Assembly: GCA_905178155.1 (NCBI GenBank)
Contig: CAJINV010000007.1
Span: forward strand, 606,358 to 670,357
DNA: 64,000 nt
DNA from: Amoebophrya sp. A120
Lineage: Eukaryota > Protista > Dinoflagellata
Reading direction: 5' to 3'
This document shows positions 10,663 to 23,327 of the stretch, in pieces. The notes under the pieces were generated by a model, which was not told the origin of the DNA, searched no databases, and was given only the letters and a program-made list of their open reading frames with translations. The position numbers and the translations under genes are program-made. Numbering within the stretch: position 1 is the stretch's first letter; each line of letters begins with the position of its first letter.

Positions 10663-13600
10663 ATGTCCACGACTTCTTGTCCCGCCGCTGGTTTAGAAGT
10701 GCAACCAAGCGGTTCTTCTAGTTCTGCGGCGCGGAAAACCAAAACAACATCATCATCTCCACAACCACTCTCCGTCCTCATGTTGTCATTCTTCCTTTCT
10801 TCCAACATCTTCTGCTCTCTCATAAACCCAGCGGACGCCGGGCTGTCCATCACGAAGAGGGCCGCTTCGGCCGGGAAAACGTCGCTCTTCCCCGAGCAGG
10901 CGATGCAGCAAAACCGGGACAGTGGGAATGATTATCATCACAATTACATCGAACGGCACCTGCTGAGCCCTTTGCGGCAGGAAATCTACGTGGATAGGAA
11001 GAATTTAGTGCGGGTCTTAAGGGAGGAGAAAGAGAATGATAGTGCCAACCCAGCGGAATCTGCACTTCTGCCAAGTAAAAGCGGGAATAATTATACGAAT
11101 ACCAGTCGAGGAGAACTTTCTCTACATCATGATCTCTCGCCAGAACAACTACTACAACAATCAGGTTTCAAATACAACAAGCTGACTGCAGAAAACATCC
11201 GGGACAGCTACAGTGTCATCCCCCGGTCATTCTTTCCCAACCACCACTTCTTCCGAGATTTGGATTATCGGAGGAGAGGGCTGGATGATGATGATGATGA
11301 TAGTGATGATGAACCACACCGCAAAAAGAAGAACTCCATTTTACAAACGCGATTAAAAAAACTTCGTCGTTTCCGTCGGCAGTTCCGTGACCCCAGGATG
11401 AACAAACCACCGACAGAAAAGACTGTCTTCGACGATTTCTGGAGTGTTTTGTTTCCGGAGGATAGTGGGACAGATCAAGAAACTCAAGAAACCATTACAA
11501 CTTTCTCGTCCGATCAATCAGCAGCATCAGCATCTTCATCTGGTACAACCAAGAAAACCCAGTCGAAAACACGAACAAAGCGCTCTCCAACCTCCCGTGA
11601 GAAGTGGGAGTTAGAAGAGGAGCAGCACGAGGAGTATTTTTTCACCATTGACGCCACCAACGCTTTAACCACCGCGGCGTTTTCCTACGATTTCCAAACC
11701 CTGGACCGGATGAGCAGACGGGGCAACTCCGAGATTTTGCACTCCGAGGCAAGGAGACAGGGAAATCCGGCGAAGCTGCTGGCACCGCTGGGGGGACACC
11801 GGGAGTACTATGGGTTGCGAGACGTGAGTACTATGGGCCCGATTGTGACGACGAATGTGATTCCGCCGTTGGACTTGGAGCTGCAGGGGAATACAATTAC
11901 AAACGGAAAGTCAAGAACTTCTTCTACATCAACTATTAAGGCATCAACATCATCTTCATCCCGCAGAACGTCTTCTCGTCCCCCGACTCCAAAATACGTC
12001 CGGCGGTCGGTTGGTTCTTTCGTTTTCGGAAAAAGCTTTCCGGAGGGCGTTTTCACAGGGGAGTCGCTGCTAGAGCAACTGCGCGTATTTCAAGAGAGTG
12101 CAAGGAATTCCGGACAGTCTCGTGGTTCTACTTCTTCTTCCACAAGCAGCACAGCAGAACATTATCAAGCCTCTCCGTTCACGCCCAAGATGATGCCCCT
12201 GCACATCGAGCCTTTGTTCGACCGGAAGACGCTGTACCGGGGCGGATTGCTTCTCGACTCGGCACAGTGGAAGATCGTTCCGGGGGAGAAATTTGCGGAT
12301 AAGAGGTTCAAGGAACTCGTGAAAATTGCAACGAAGTACGGATTGCAGTCGACGAAGGTGTTTGAACAAGGGAACAACAATGAGATGAGCTCCGAGCAGC
12401 AGCATGGGTGCAACAGTATCTCCTCTTGCAGTTCCAGAAATACAAGTTCATCGTCTATGACTGCCGGTGCAGCAGCGGTAGGAAACAAATCGACAAGAAT
12501 GTTCGCCCCGGACGCGGTCGACCGGGTCACTGCGCTGCTTAAGGGGAAGGAGGAAGGGGACGGAACGGGTCTTATCTTGGATAGCAATGCTGGCTGGACC
12601 AAGCAAATGAAAAAAGCTCTGGACACCCCGGAAGACTACGTGGAGGAAGGACTGCTTCGTAACTTCCTCGCACCTGCTCCGCCTACGAAAGCAAATGGAA
12701 GAGCCGAAAGTTCTGATGCGAACAAGTCTACTACTTTTTCGAAGCAAGGATCCATCGGTACAACTGCGCGAGATGTTGAACAGGACAACGCTCCTGCAGG
12801 AAGCACTAACAAATACCAGCCGCAATCCGCCGGCGCTGTCGTACTAGAAAAAATTTCCGACCTCGCGTTAGAGTTGCGAAACGCCTTGCTCTCGAAGGTG
12901 AAAACGAATGCGACGGCGGATGCAGTTGCGGACGACGTCGAGGGGAAAGACACTGCTAGTGGTCTTACGCAAAAGGAAATAAAGCAGAACAAGAACGCCA
13001 CGACAACCAGCGAAACTGACGCTACGTCCAACCTGCCGACAGCCGCAAACTTTTTCGAACCAAGGAGAATGCGGACCCGGAAGTGGAATGAGAAAAGGGC
13101 GAAGCGGGAACTGTCGAAGACCACGGGTGTAGCGGTATCGTCCCAAATGTCATGCAGCACCAGCAATACAAATTCCAATCCGGCAAGCAAACACAAGCAG
13201 CCGTCTTGGGAGACTCGCGACTTCCCGTCTTTCTTGTTGCAAAAGGAGATCCAGGAGCTGTTGCCGAGATTGAGCACTCTGCAGATGCGAAAGGAGGTTT
13301 TTAGCAGTGGAAGTGCTACTTCTGCCGCTCAGCACGAGAACAACTTCTACAAAACGGAAACCGGGACGAGCAGCACACCACCGCACTTCTTCCAACAAGT
13401 TTCCTACTCGCTCGAGTTCCGCACCCCGGTCTTGCTCCAGTCTCTGATCGTCTCGGGAAACAGCAAACATTTTCAATCCGCCATCGCCTACCTCGATGGC
13501 GAGGCGCAGTTTGTGATCCCGTTCCGGCTGATTCTGGATGGAGCAGATGGAAAAACTGAAAAGAATCTCTACGACCTTTCCGAATCCACGACCAGTTGGC

Positions 13601-16600
13601 ACGCGATCGACGAGCTCAGGTTTGTGAATGCATATCGCGAGAAAAAAGTGTTACAGTTACACACTCTGATGGGAGACAAGCAAGACAGACAACTTCTGTC
13701 ATGCAGGAAATGCATGCCAGCCTCATTTCATTCGTGTTTTCCCTTATGGTCTGCGCATCACAGGTTTTCTTAGCCATGTCGAGCAACTTTGTGATGCAGA
13801 AACTCCAACAAATGTGTAATTGTAACACTTTTTTCCTGTGATAATGCAGATGGAATCATGAATACGGCAAGTGGTGAAAATGATGCTAGCAAAAATTCCT
13901 CGCCGTTGAAAATCCACTACATCGAGGTGGAGCCCGCCGTGGGGTATGAAAGTGCACAACTCCCTTTCCCCCTCATTTGTGATGCAAAGTGCCAACGCCA
14001 CCCTTTGCCTTTTGCCACGACTATGCATGACAGATTTTGAGAGCCGAAACAGCAACAGAATCGGTCGCCAATTTTTTGTCATGTAGAGCCTGCATCCTTG
14101 CCAGAGCTTGTGTTGCTGGGACTGCCATTCAAATGAGGCGGGGGGGGAGTTGTGCAGCACTCTCATATGGGGTTCGGCGAGCTCAAAACCGGTTCGCAAT
14201 CGTTTTTGCTGTTCCGGGATTTGCTGCAAAGGAAGTGGGTGGAGGACTGTCAGGCGATAGTGACTTCTACGCCGGAGAATGAAGTCTCCAGTACCAAGAA
14301 AACTGATCCAAAATCTTCCAACCTCATTTCGAGCAAGAAACACGAGAACAAAACCAACACTCCACTTCTGAAGAAACGCAACAGAAACGACGACTCCACC
14401 TCTGAAGACTCGGAAGATCTGGACCGCTTGGATTCGGACGACAGCACGGATAGCATTTCCTCTACTTCCGCAGAGAGCGACGAGGATGCCGAAGCTGTTT
14501 TGAAAAGCCGCATGAAAAAAATGAAACCAAAGAACAGGAAAAAGAAGCACAAAAACCACACTGGTGCGTCATCAAAAGGAGATCGCTCTACTAGCACAAC
14601 TGCGGACCCAAATACTGAATCAGCTGGTTCACCGCAAACTAACAAGCCGAAACTCGAAGTCCCACCCCTTCGCTCCATTTTCCACCTGTTCCACCGCATG
14701 TCGGCGCTGGCGAAAATCGCGACTTCCGAGCACAAAACGACTTTCGACAACCTCCAATTTCGCTTTCAGATAAAAGATTCAACGACAAAAGAAAACAACC
14801 AGCACGAAGTAGACAGCACACAGCAACAGCACACGGAACTCATCCCCTTCTACAACGAGTACGACATTGCGAACTCTTTAAACAACAAAAACCAGTTTGT
14901 CGAGCTGATGATCCTGACCCCGAACGGCGCGATTGACGCGCAACGGGTGGACAAGCAGGCGAAAAAGTACTTGATTTCCCTCGATTTCGCGCTGAAAAAT
15001 GGGTACAAGATGCTGCCAGAGAATCTGATGAACAACTACCTGTCCCGGGATTTGATACAAAGACAAGCGTTTCTGGTCACGCGGTTCTTCTTTCTGGCGC
15101 CTGGTACTTCTTCGGAGCAACACGAGACGAAGCGGAGGAGGGACAACGAATGGGTAGATTCGGCGCTGGACGCGTTGGAGTTATCCTGTGCAAAGGCATC
15201 GTACTCGTACTAATCGCAGTCATGCAAGACAAATTTCTTGTTTAACCTAAGTCAGCATGACAGATTCCATTTGTCATGCTGAGCGAATTTGTATTGCAGT
15301 ACTACGAGTACGATACTTTTGCAGTTCATAGGAGTTGGTGGATGACGATTTTGTCCGTTTCGCGACCGAGATGCAATTTTTGCTCGCACTCTGGGGACGG
15401 ATGCTGCTGGGCGGTGGTGGGTTTGGGAAGCATGACGAAGGGACGAATAATCCTCCGGTTATGCAGAATTTCGTCGCTATGTTGGATGACAGTAGCGACG
15501 GATTCGCTTTGCCAAGTTTAAGAACTGCTGCTACGCAAGCTGTTTCTAGCGAGGAGGCTGTAGAGGTGCCACTGCGCGAAGCAGAAACGTCGCATGCTGG
15601 TGCGGGAACATCGATACAGCAAGAAGATCAACACCACACGGAGGTAGAGGTAGTGGAGAAACCACTTCTATCGAATAAAGCGGACGACGAGGTTCTTCTT
15701 CTTCCCGTGACTCCGGATGCAGTGTCGGACGAGTCTGCAGCTTCACATGATGATCCTGTCGCGGAGCAGCAGTGGGTGCAGACCCATCTCACGTTCGACG
15801 AAATCCAAACCGAGGACGAGTTCAACAAGTACGTGCAACGAGAATTTTTCGACAAACTTGAAAACGGAAATACAAATAACACGATCAGTACAACTTCTAG
15901 CATCAAACCAGAACTGCAATTTCTCCCATCCGTCATGAAAGCATCCGACCGACTTCCGGCCTTCCTTCCCGTGGCAGACGTAGTTTTTGAACCTGAAGAA
16001 AGCCATAGCGAAGCAGACCTGCATAATCCGCCCTCTTTGCTGCAACGAGCTACAAGTTTCCTTTCTGCTACCGTATTTGGACGAACAAGCGCTCCAACCC
16101 AAATTATCCACCCGCTGGAGATCTCCCTGGCTAACGGCGCGAAATTGGACATGTTTGATGTCGCAATGCGTTCCCCACAGTACTTCTTCGACGAGACTCT
16201 GTGGGCAGTGGAAGCAAATTTGGGCCTCGATGACGCGGTCAAATTGGAACTGATACAGCCCTTGAAGATGGAACAAAATAAGACAGCAGCTGCAGAAGGC
16301 CGCGAGAAAGAACATCAGAAAGAACTCTACAAGATTGCGTGTTTGAAGCCGGTGTTCGAAATTGAGGCGGACAAAACGCAGCGGTACACGCTCGAGGTGA
16401 TCATCTTGGACTTTTTTCAGTTCGACCATGAAACCGGGCCGGGCAATGCAAATCCTTGTTTTCGTCATGGTCATGCAGAAGCAGCGACTGTGACCGCGAC
16501 ACCCACGGCAGCAGCTCCGGTTGTAGCGGTGCCGCCGCTTCTAGACGGTGGTCATTTGATGAACGACTTGTTTATTTCCGATGGTGGAAGTGATGTTTCT

Positions 16601-19600
16601 TCGGTCGAAGACGATCCGGTGAGGAGGACGCAGACTTCGTCCAACGACGTGCCTATCGCTATTGATGTCGTGGCGCAAGATGCAGTGGAGCGACATTCAC
16701 GATCTCCAACGGCGCCGACCATGGCTGGGAGATTTCTTTCTGAACAGGCTGCGATGAAACTTGGCGAGCAAGAATCTGGTGGCGCGATCCCTTCAGTGCC
16801 TCTAGCGAAGAAGAGGGCCATGCACGAATTGCATGAGCAGCATGACTTTCAAGAAGAAGACCACTCTACGGCTCCACTCGAGGCCGCACCGCTTCTGGCG
16901 AAGCGTCATGCAGCTACAAAAGAAGCCGCGGCGTCCCCGGATGCACGAAGCAAAGCGGCGAATCAAAACTACGGCAAGCAGGGTGACAGTACGACTTCAT
17001 CTCCCAGCTTGGCAGCCACGCCGGGTTCATCTCCACAGGTCGTGGGGCGGTCGGGTCGCCGGAGTACCAAGGGGAAGACAGCTACTAGTGAATCGACGGA
17101 AAAACAAGAAGCTCCGTCGCGACAGCAGGAGCAAACATCTGGAGTTCTTGAACAAGTAGAAGGATTTTTGTCAGGCCAAAAGCTGCCGACATCAACCTCG
17201 TCCCCACCTTCCATTTCCACCGGAAAGAAGAACACACCACCAAAGATATCAAGTGCAAAAATGTCTGGGTCTGGAAGATCGCAACTTGGCATGCTGTTTT
17301 TGCACGCTAAAAAAAGTATTGCATGACCAGCATTGTGCTACACGGACAGGGCATTTCTCATGCGGAAGGTGCATCAGGAAGCCCGCTAAAGGTCTGCGAT
17401 GCTAGGTCATGCATTACAGGCATGATAGGCCATGAGAAATATGCATGAAAAATCTTGCACTCTTCCAGACCCAGACATTTTTGCATTTGATAAAAGAAAA
17501 GGGTGCACTACTTCGACCTGCTGACAGACACTCCCGCCCATCTCCTGATCTTTCTCGCACAAGAATTCCCCGCGACTTTTATCACCGACGAGGTTCTCCA
17601 GAATCTGAAAGCGGCGAAGGAGAAAAACCTTTCTCTCAGTCCGATTTTGGAGAACGTGGAGCTGCAAGACCAGTTAGAACAATTCGGGCCGGACGGTTCG
17701 GAATTCGGGATTTGGACGGTAATCGAAAAGTGGGTAACCAACCGGTTTCAGAAATTGGATTCGCTCGCGAGAAAACTGGTCGTGAAGCGGGTGAGCGCGC
17801 CGGTAGCTAGTTCGGAAAAGGTTTCGGCTGTAGAACACTGGATGATCAAGGTGAATGAGGTTTTTGATAAGACGCTGAAAGTGGACCCGAAGTTGGTCGA
17901 GATGTTTCGGAGGGCAGCAGGAGGGGATCTGCAGCAGCAGCAGCAAAAACTGCCCATGAACAAGACTTCTGCAGTACAAGTAGGTGCTGCACCCACGAAA
18001 CCCGCGGCATCCACCTCTACCTCGTCTTCGCCAGTAGAACTCCAGCAGCTGCAAGCAGAGCCAGCATCAGCTGCAGTGGAGCCTCCAGTGCAAGACGCAG
18101 CTACAGCTGTTTTCCCGAGAAGTAGTGAAGTAGAGACGCCAATTGCAGGGACAAAAGAACAGCTTGAAGACCACTTGGTGCCTGCAATCAACAAGAAGAA
18201 CCCAGCGGTTCTTCAACTAGAGCCGCAACATTCCGTGTCCGCCCATCTTCCGCAAGAAAAACGACCATCAACATCGCAGGAGCTCTTAATCCTCCCGCGA
18301 ACGGAAAACTTCAAAATTGTTCCCGCAGTGGAGATTATGCAGCGGTGGCTGTATGCGATTGTTGCAGATGAAGCGGATTTATCAAATGCAAAAATGTCTG
18401 GGTCTGGGAGATTGCGAGATTTGTCATGCTAGTCTGGCATGACTCTGAACTCTGTGCTGTATGGCCGTTAAGAGCTCCTCTGCCCTGTCATGCAAAAACG
18501 CAGTTTCTCATGCGGAGTACGCAACTCAGAACCATGGAAAAAACTTGTCATGCTTGGCAGCGCATTACACTGAGTTCACTACTCCCTCTCTTGCGTCACA
18601 AGTTTGTTCCAGACCCAGACATTTTTGCAATTGATAGGATTTGGATGCGATCGACGAGGAGTTTGGCGAAGAAGGGGAAGAACAGCAACCTGTTGTCACG
18701 AAGTTTCAGCAGGATGCAGGAAGCATCAACGAAGGCGGAAATGAACCTGGGGAGGTCGGGCAGAACACAATGGCTGCACAAAGTTCTGTCATTCAGAAAA
18801 CAGCTCTACGTCTACAAGAAGAAGCTCACGACCTCGACGATGATGAGGATGGCAAAACCAGCCGTGCCAAAATGGCCCAAAACATCCAGGAGATCCTCGC
18901 GGAAGAGGATGAAAGCAATACCGAGCCACTACTGTACACTGCAAATCTGCCGGAACAAGCAACTGCGACAGTGGTTCCAGAGGATTTTCCTCTACCTGAG
19001 GTGACTACAGATCCTGAGGTTTTTGATACTGCTTCTACTGTTCCCGAAAGTGCAGCTTCTCTTTCGTCCTTGTTCTATGATGAGCTTGGCGCAATAGTAG
19101 ATGTCGGACCGGATCCTGTTGCTGCGTCGAACAACAGCATCAACCAACAGCACACAGAAATTCCCCCAGCAACAACATCTACTCCTACACCGCAAAGATT
19201 TCGAAACGGGAGGCGGGTAAAAACCCTGGACGAAATCATGCGGATGGACAACGATGGGGTGCATATCAAATGTAAAAATGTCTGGGTCTGGAAGATTGAA
19301 ACTTGTCATGCTAAATCCGAATAATGCAAAAATCTGTGTTGCATGAGTGCCAAAAGCTGTCCACTTTCGACCAAGTTGGGCGGGAGTTTCTCATGCGGGC
19401 TAGGCATGGTAGAGACCTCACAGACTCTGTCATGCTAGGTCCTGCATTCCAGACCTCATGGGTCATGGAAAATCTGCATGACAAACCTCGCAATCTTCCA
19501 GACCCAGACATTTTTGCAGTTGATACTGCAGGACTACATGCAACACCCCGACGACCCGTCTGGCTTCGACTTCCAGCGAGGGGCCGATTTAACAAAGGTC

Positions 19601-21546
19601 GGAGAGGACGCATTGGAAGTAGCGCAGGTGGGAGCAACAGGAACAAGGAAAATAAATTTCGCTGCAGTGGAGATGAACGGAACTACGATACTGGGTGGAG
19701 CAGGACACCAAGGGGCCGCGGGTTTGAAAATACCAGCAGGAGCAGCATCAACAAGAGCTACGGGCGGCATTCTTTCTTCGGCAGCACCGGCGGTACCAGC
19801 AGGGTCGTCCACCTGGATCATACCGCAAGCACCACCGGAAGAATTTCCAAACCTGCAGGCGGGTGACGATCAACTACAGTTGGACCAGGAAATCGAGGAC
19901 GAACTGCAGTACCAGCAAGACTTGTTGATGCGACTGGTTGAGGAAGACAAAGCCAGAGATGCGGAACTAGCTAGACATCAAAACGGGGAAGAAGAAGTCC
20001 TTGTGCAGCAAGCGGTACAACATGAACAGGAGGTTCATCTTCCGACGGCAGGAGTGGATCATCCCCCGCAGACTGCAGCAGAACCCGCGGCTGGTGCACC
20101 TTCAGATTCACTCCCTCTAGATGTTCTGAAACGACCTCAGCCTCCTGCAGAAGTCGAAATTTCATTCGAGGCGCCTCCAACAAATACCAGGTTCGAGCAC
20201 GAAGATTTACGGCATCCAGATCTGGACGATCTAGTGGGGCGAGATGAGGATGAAGAACATGATGGTGCAGTAACGACCCCAGATGTATCAAATGCGGGTC
20301 GAAATCCTTCTCCTTCACCCCTCTTCACGGCTGCGGAGTTGCACTGGCTCCTGCGACCGATGGCGTACGGAAAAAATGATCCGCCACCACGACCTGGTCG
20401 TTATGCAGCTGCGGGGGAATCCGAATCAGAAGCTAGTAGAAATGCAACACTCAGTACAACTTCTTCGGCTTCCGAAATAACGGAGAAGCGAAAAGAAGGA
20501 TCCGAGAGGGAGGTCGCTCTGGAAGTAACAGCAAACGGCACCACCTCAAATTATTCATCTGCGCAAAAGAAAGAACTCGAGCAACAACTGCGGAAGTTGC
20601 TGCCAGACGTACAACTTGAAGATGGCGCAACCACGACTCCAGAGCCGGAGCAGCTCGTGGACCAGAACCCAGGAGATGACATTGCGGCCAGTAGTTCACC
20701 ACCTACAGTGCCGGAAGCAGGCAGCAGAAATCACCCACTGCCTGTAGTTGTGAACAAAACTACTGCGTCAACATCATCCCGAGAACAGCAAGTAGAACCT
20801 GCAGACACCCTCCTCCCCTGGCCGTCCCACCCGAACGACCAGGAGGCCGCGAAGTGGGGGAGAGCCGGGCGGAGACGCGGAAACAAGAATCCTGGAGGGC
20901 CGGAGGTGAAGAAGAAAATTTTAGTTTTTCCAGCAGTGGACTTCTCCAGAGTGCAGAACAACAAGAATACGAAGATATCGAGTTTGTTTTTCCGGTTTGT
21001 CTCATACAAAAAGCTCCTACAATATGACAGTGCACAACTCCCCCTCCCCCTCATTTGTGATGCAAAATACCTAATTTACTCCTTGGCTCGTGGCCTTGTT
21101 TGCATGACAAGTTCTGGCAGCCCAAATAGCACAGACCTCCAGTCCATGTGAATTTGTCATGCGAAACCTGTATTCTTGCTAACGCTTGTATTGCTGTTCA
21201 TGCAATACAAATGAGGGGGAGGGGAGTTGTGCACTGTCATATACAAGTGGTTGTTTCCTGCTTTGCGGCGGTGTACCGGCGAGACGGGTTGTCGATAAAC
21301 AATCGGGTGGAGAATGAGGTTGATAGCAGCAAAAATGGGAACAATATCAGAAAGAAAAGCAACGACATCAAACCCGAAGCTCAAGACATGCAGCTCCACA
21401 TTTACACAACCGACGGTGAGCTGCAATTCGTGTACTCTTCGCAGCAGATGCTCAAGATGCGCGAGAACTATTTTCCCGAATTACTTCTAACTTTGTGGCA
21501 ACAAACTTACGACTTTCTGCGGTATGTGAAGTTGAATGAACAATGA
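10663..21546 (+). CDS. Very large (~3000 aa) hypothetical protein, 8 exons separated by 7 introners
   Basis: ORFs 10663, 13858, 14152, 15335, 17503, 18641, 19478 and 21148 join in frame when each element plus one TSD is removed (FVNA|DGIM, PAVG|FGEL, ALEL|VDDD, PPKK|RVHY, EADL|DAID, DGVQ|DYMQ, KLLQ|VVVS). An N-terminal hydrophobic segment suggests secretion. Confidence 0.85.
13633..13843. mobile_element. Introner family D
   Basis: TIR tatc..aaaaaagtgttacagttacaca / tgtgtaattgtaacacttttttcctgtgata; TSD atgca; frame restored. Confidence 0.92.
13945..14167. mobile_element. Introner family C
   Basis: TIR tatgaaagtgcacaactccc..cctcatttg / caaatgagg..gggagttgtgca..tcata; TSD tgggg. Confidence 0.92.
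15182..15330. mobile_element. Introner family B
   Basis: TIR tatcctgtgcaaaggcatcgtactcgta / tacgagtacgatacttttgcagttcata; TSD ggagt. Confidence 0.92.
17247..17492. mobile_element. Introner family A
   Basis: TIR tatcaagtgcaaaaatgtctgggtctggaag / cttccagacccagacatttttgcatttgata; TSD aaaga. Confidence 0.95.
18380..18636. mobile_element. Introner family A
   Basis: Family A TIRs; TSD ggatt; frame restored. Confidence 0.95.
19264..19525. mobile_element. Introner family A
   Basis: Family A TIRs; TSD gtgca/ctgca (1 mismatch). Confidence 0.93.
21023..21241. mobile_element. Introner family C
   Basis: Family C TIRs; TSD tacaa. Confidence 0.93.
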
Positions 21547-23327
21547 AAAAACAAAGAAATTGATGAGGAACAAGGTAAAGGTCCAAGTACTAGGTTTCAT
21601 ACAAAAAAATCTTCGCAACGTTTTACTTTTAGCAGTTGATACCTTTTTAGTTTTTATTGTACCAAACCCCAAACGAATCAATCAGCAGAATCATAGCTCG
21701 GGCGTACCACGGGGGAAAATTAACGGCTCGACAATTGTACTCGACAACATGTTGTAAAATGAACTTCTTTGCGTTTGCCAGTGAAAAACAGTTCGCAAGA
21801 AATCAAAACTAAAGCGTATCCGCAACCAACCTGTATAATTTAGACAGTTAATCAATCTTCTATCGTGTGAGTATCTTATCTCACGCGGCACGAAAACGGA
21901 CGGAGGTTCGTAGTCGTAGTCGTGTGCGACCTATGCCAGACAGCATTTCGGCGTGAAGTTTCACAAGTTTCGCTTTCAGAAGTATCGCTTTTCTACGCGG
22001 TTTGAGCAAGAACTGATACTAAACCTTTCCTCCAAGCTGACAAATGAGCTCACATTTTACAGTTTCTCACTTTATTCCCCCACAAAAACCAACTCAATTT
22101 TATACAAGATGCTCGTCAATTTTACAAACTAGAATCCGAATAAAAATACACTCTGAAAGTAAACTCTGCTCAGAAGGTTTTAGACATGCCTTGCTAGGGG
22201 TCTACTTTTACCGGGGCCGCTTGATAAAATTGAAGATCCTCTACTGCGCAGTCCCTTCATTGCTCGTTCACGGTGGAGCACAACAAGACTTGTGCCTGCA
22301 GTTTGAGCTTTTATTTTGGACTAGTCTAAAAAGAAAAACCGTTGTACTAATACTGGAAGTTTAATAGCGAGATAAATGACAAAGACGAAGGAGTGACGTA
22401 CTCACACTGTAGCAGTATCTTCATGAAAATCTTCGTCTAGACAGAATGACAAACTGTACTGACAAGCTAAGTGGTACTGACTTACCCCCTTCTTCTTCTA
22501 CCCCTTAAACAAGCTGTAAATCTGTATATCCTGTTCTTTCATCACTTGTTGAGCTACGGACTTGAAAAAAATGCCGAAGAACCCAGCTGAGAACTTGTTG
22601 TGAGCAATTGTACCGAAATAATTTTCAGCGATGAAAATTTCCACTATGCTGCATTGTAGACCGTGCTTCTAGCTACAAAAGCATCATTCCTGATTTGATC
22701 TTACGAACGAACGATGATGTTGAGACCCTTCGAGAAGAAGGGAAGACTTCGAATGAAAACTGGAGCTAGTACCATGTTGCAAAAAGTTGTCCGAAGGATT
22801 TCGTCGAAACCAGCTGTAAAGCACCGAAGTTTCTGCAGCTACTTTTTCCCTCGCAGAGAACTCGCTAGTCAGCCACCGTGACAACTTTGGGGCGGATTGT
22901 TCTATGAAAATTTAGTGGCGCATATAATTGCCGCAGGTACTGAATCTGAATTCTGAAGATCAAGATTCTCATGAGCAGCTTTGTTGCAGCTGCAGGTTCG
23001 AAAGAGCGCGATGAAACGAGCGGAGATATTGAAGGTTGTCTTCTCCTGCTGGAGCGGAGGACTCATTTGCATAGGAAATAGAGCAAGACGGGGACGAGGT
23101 AGGAGCGAAAAATCTCACGAGGTACTAATTATTAAGGCCACGACGGGCGGGCTTGTAGTTCATTCGTGGATAGAGATGACCACGAGCAGAGTGAACTACA
23201 AAAGCAGACGCAATAACTACACCTTGTTGCGGAACAAAATGACGTAACATCAGGAAAAAATGACGTAAAAGAGAGTTGCCTTCTCTTCCGACGAAAACCG
23301 CAGCAGCACCCCGCGGACGCTGCCGCA

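Noticed and set aside
5021-21054. Numerous minus-strand ORFs antisense to the long plus-strand genes
   Set aside because: Shadow ORFs of coding sequence with no independent support.
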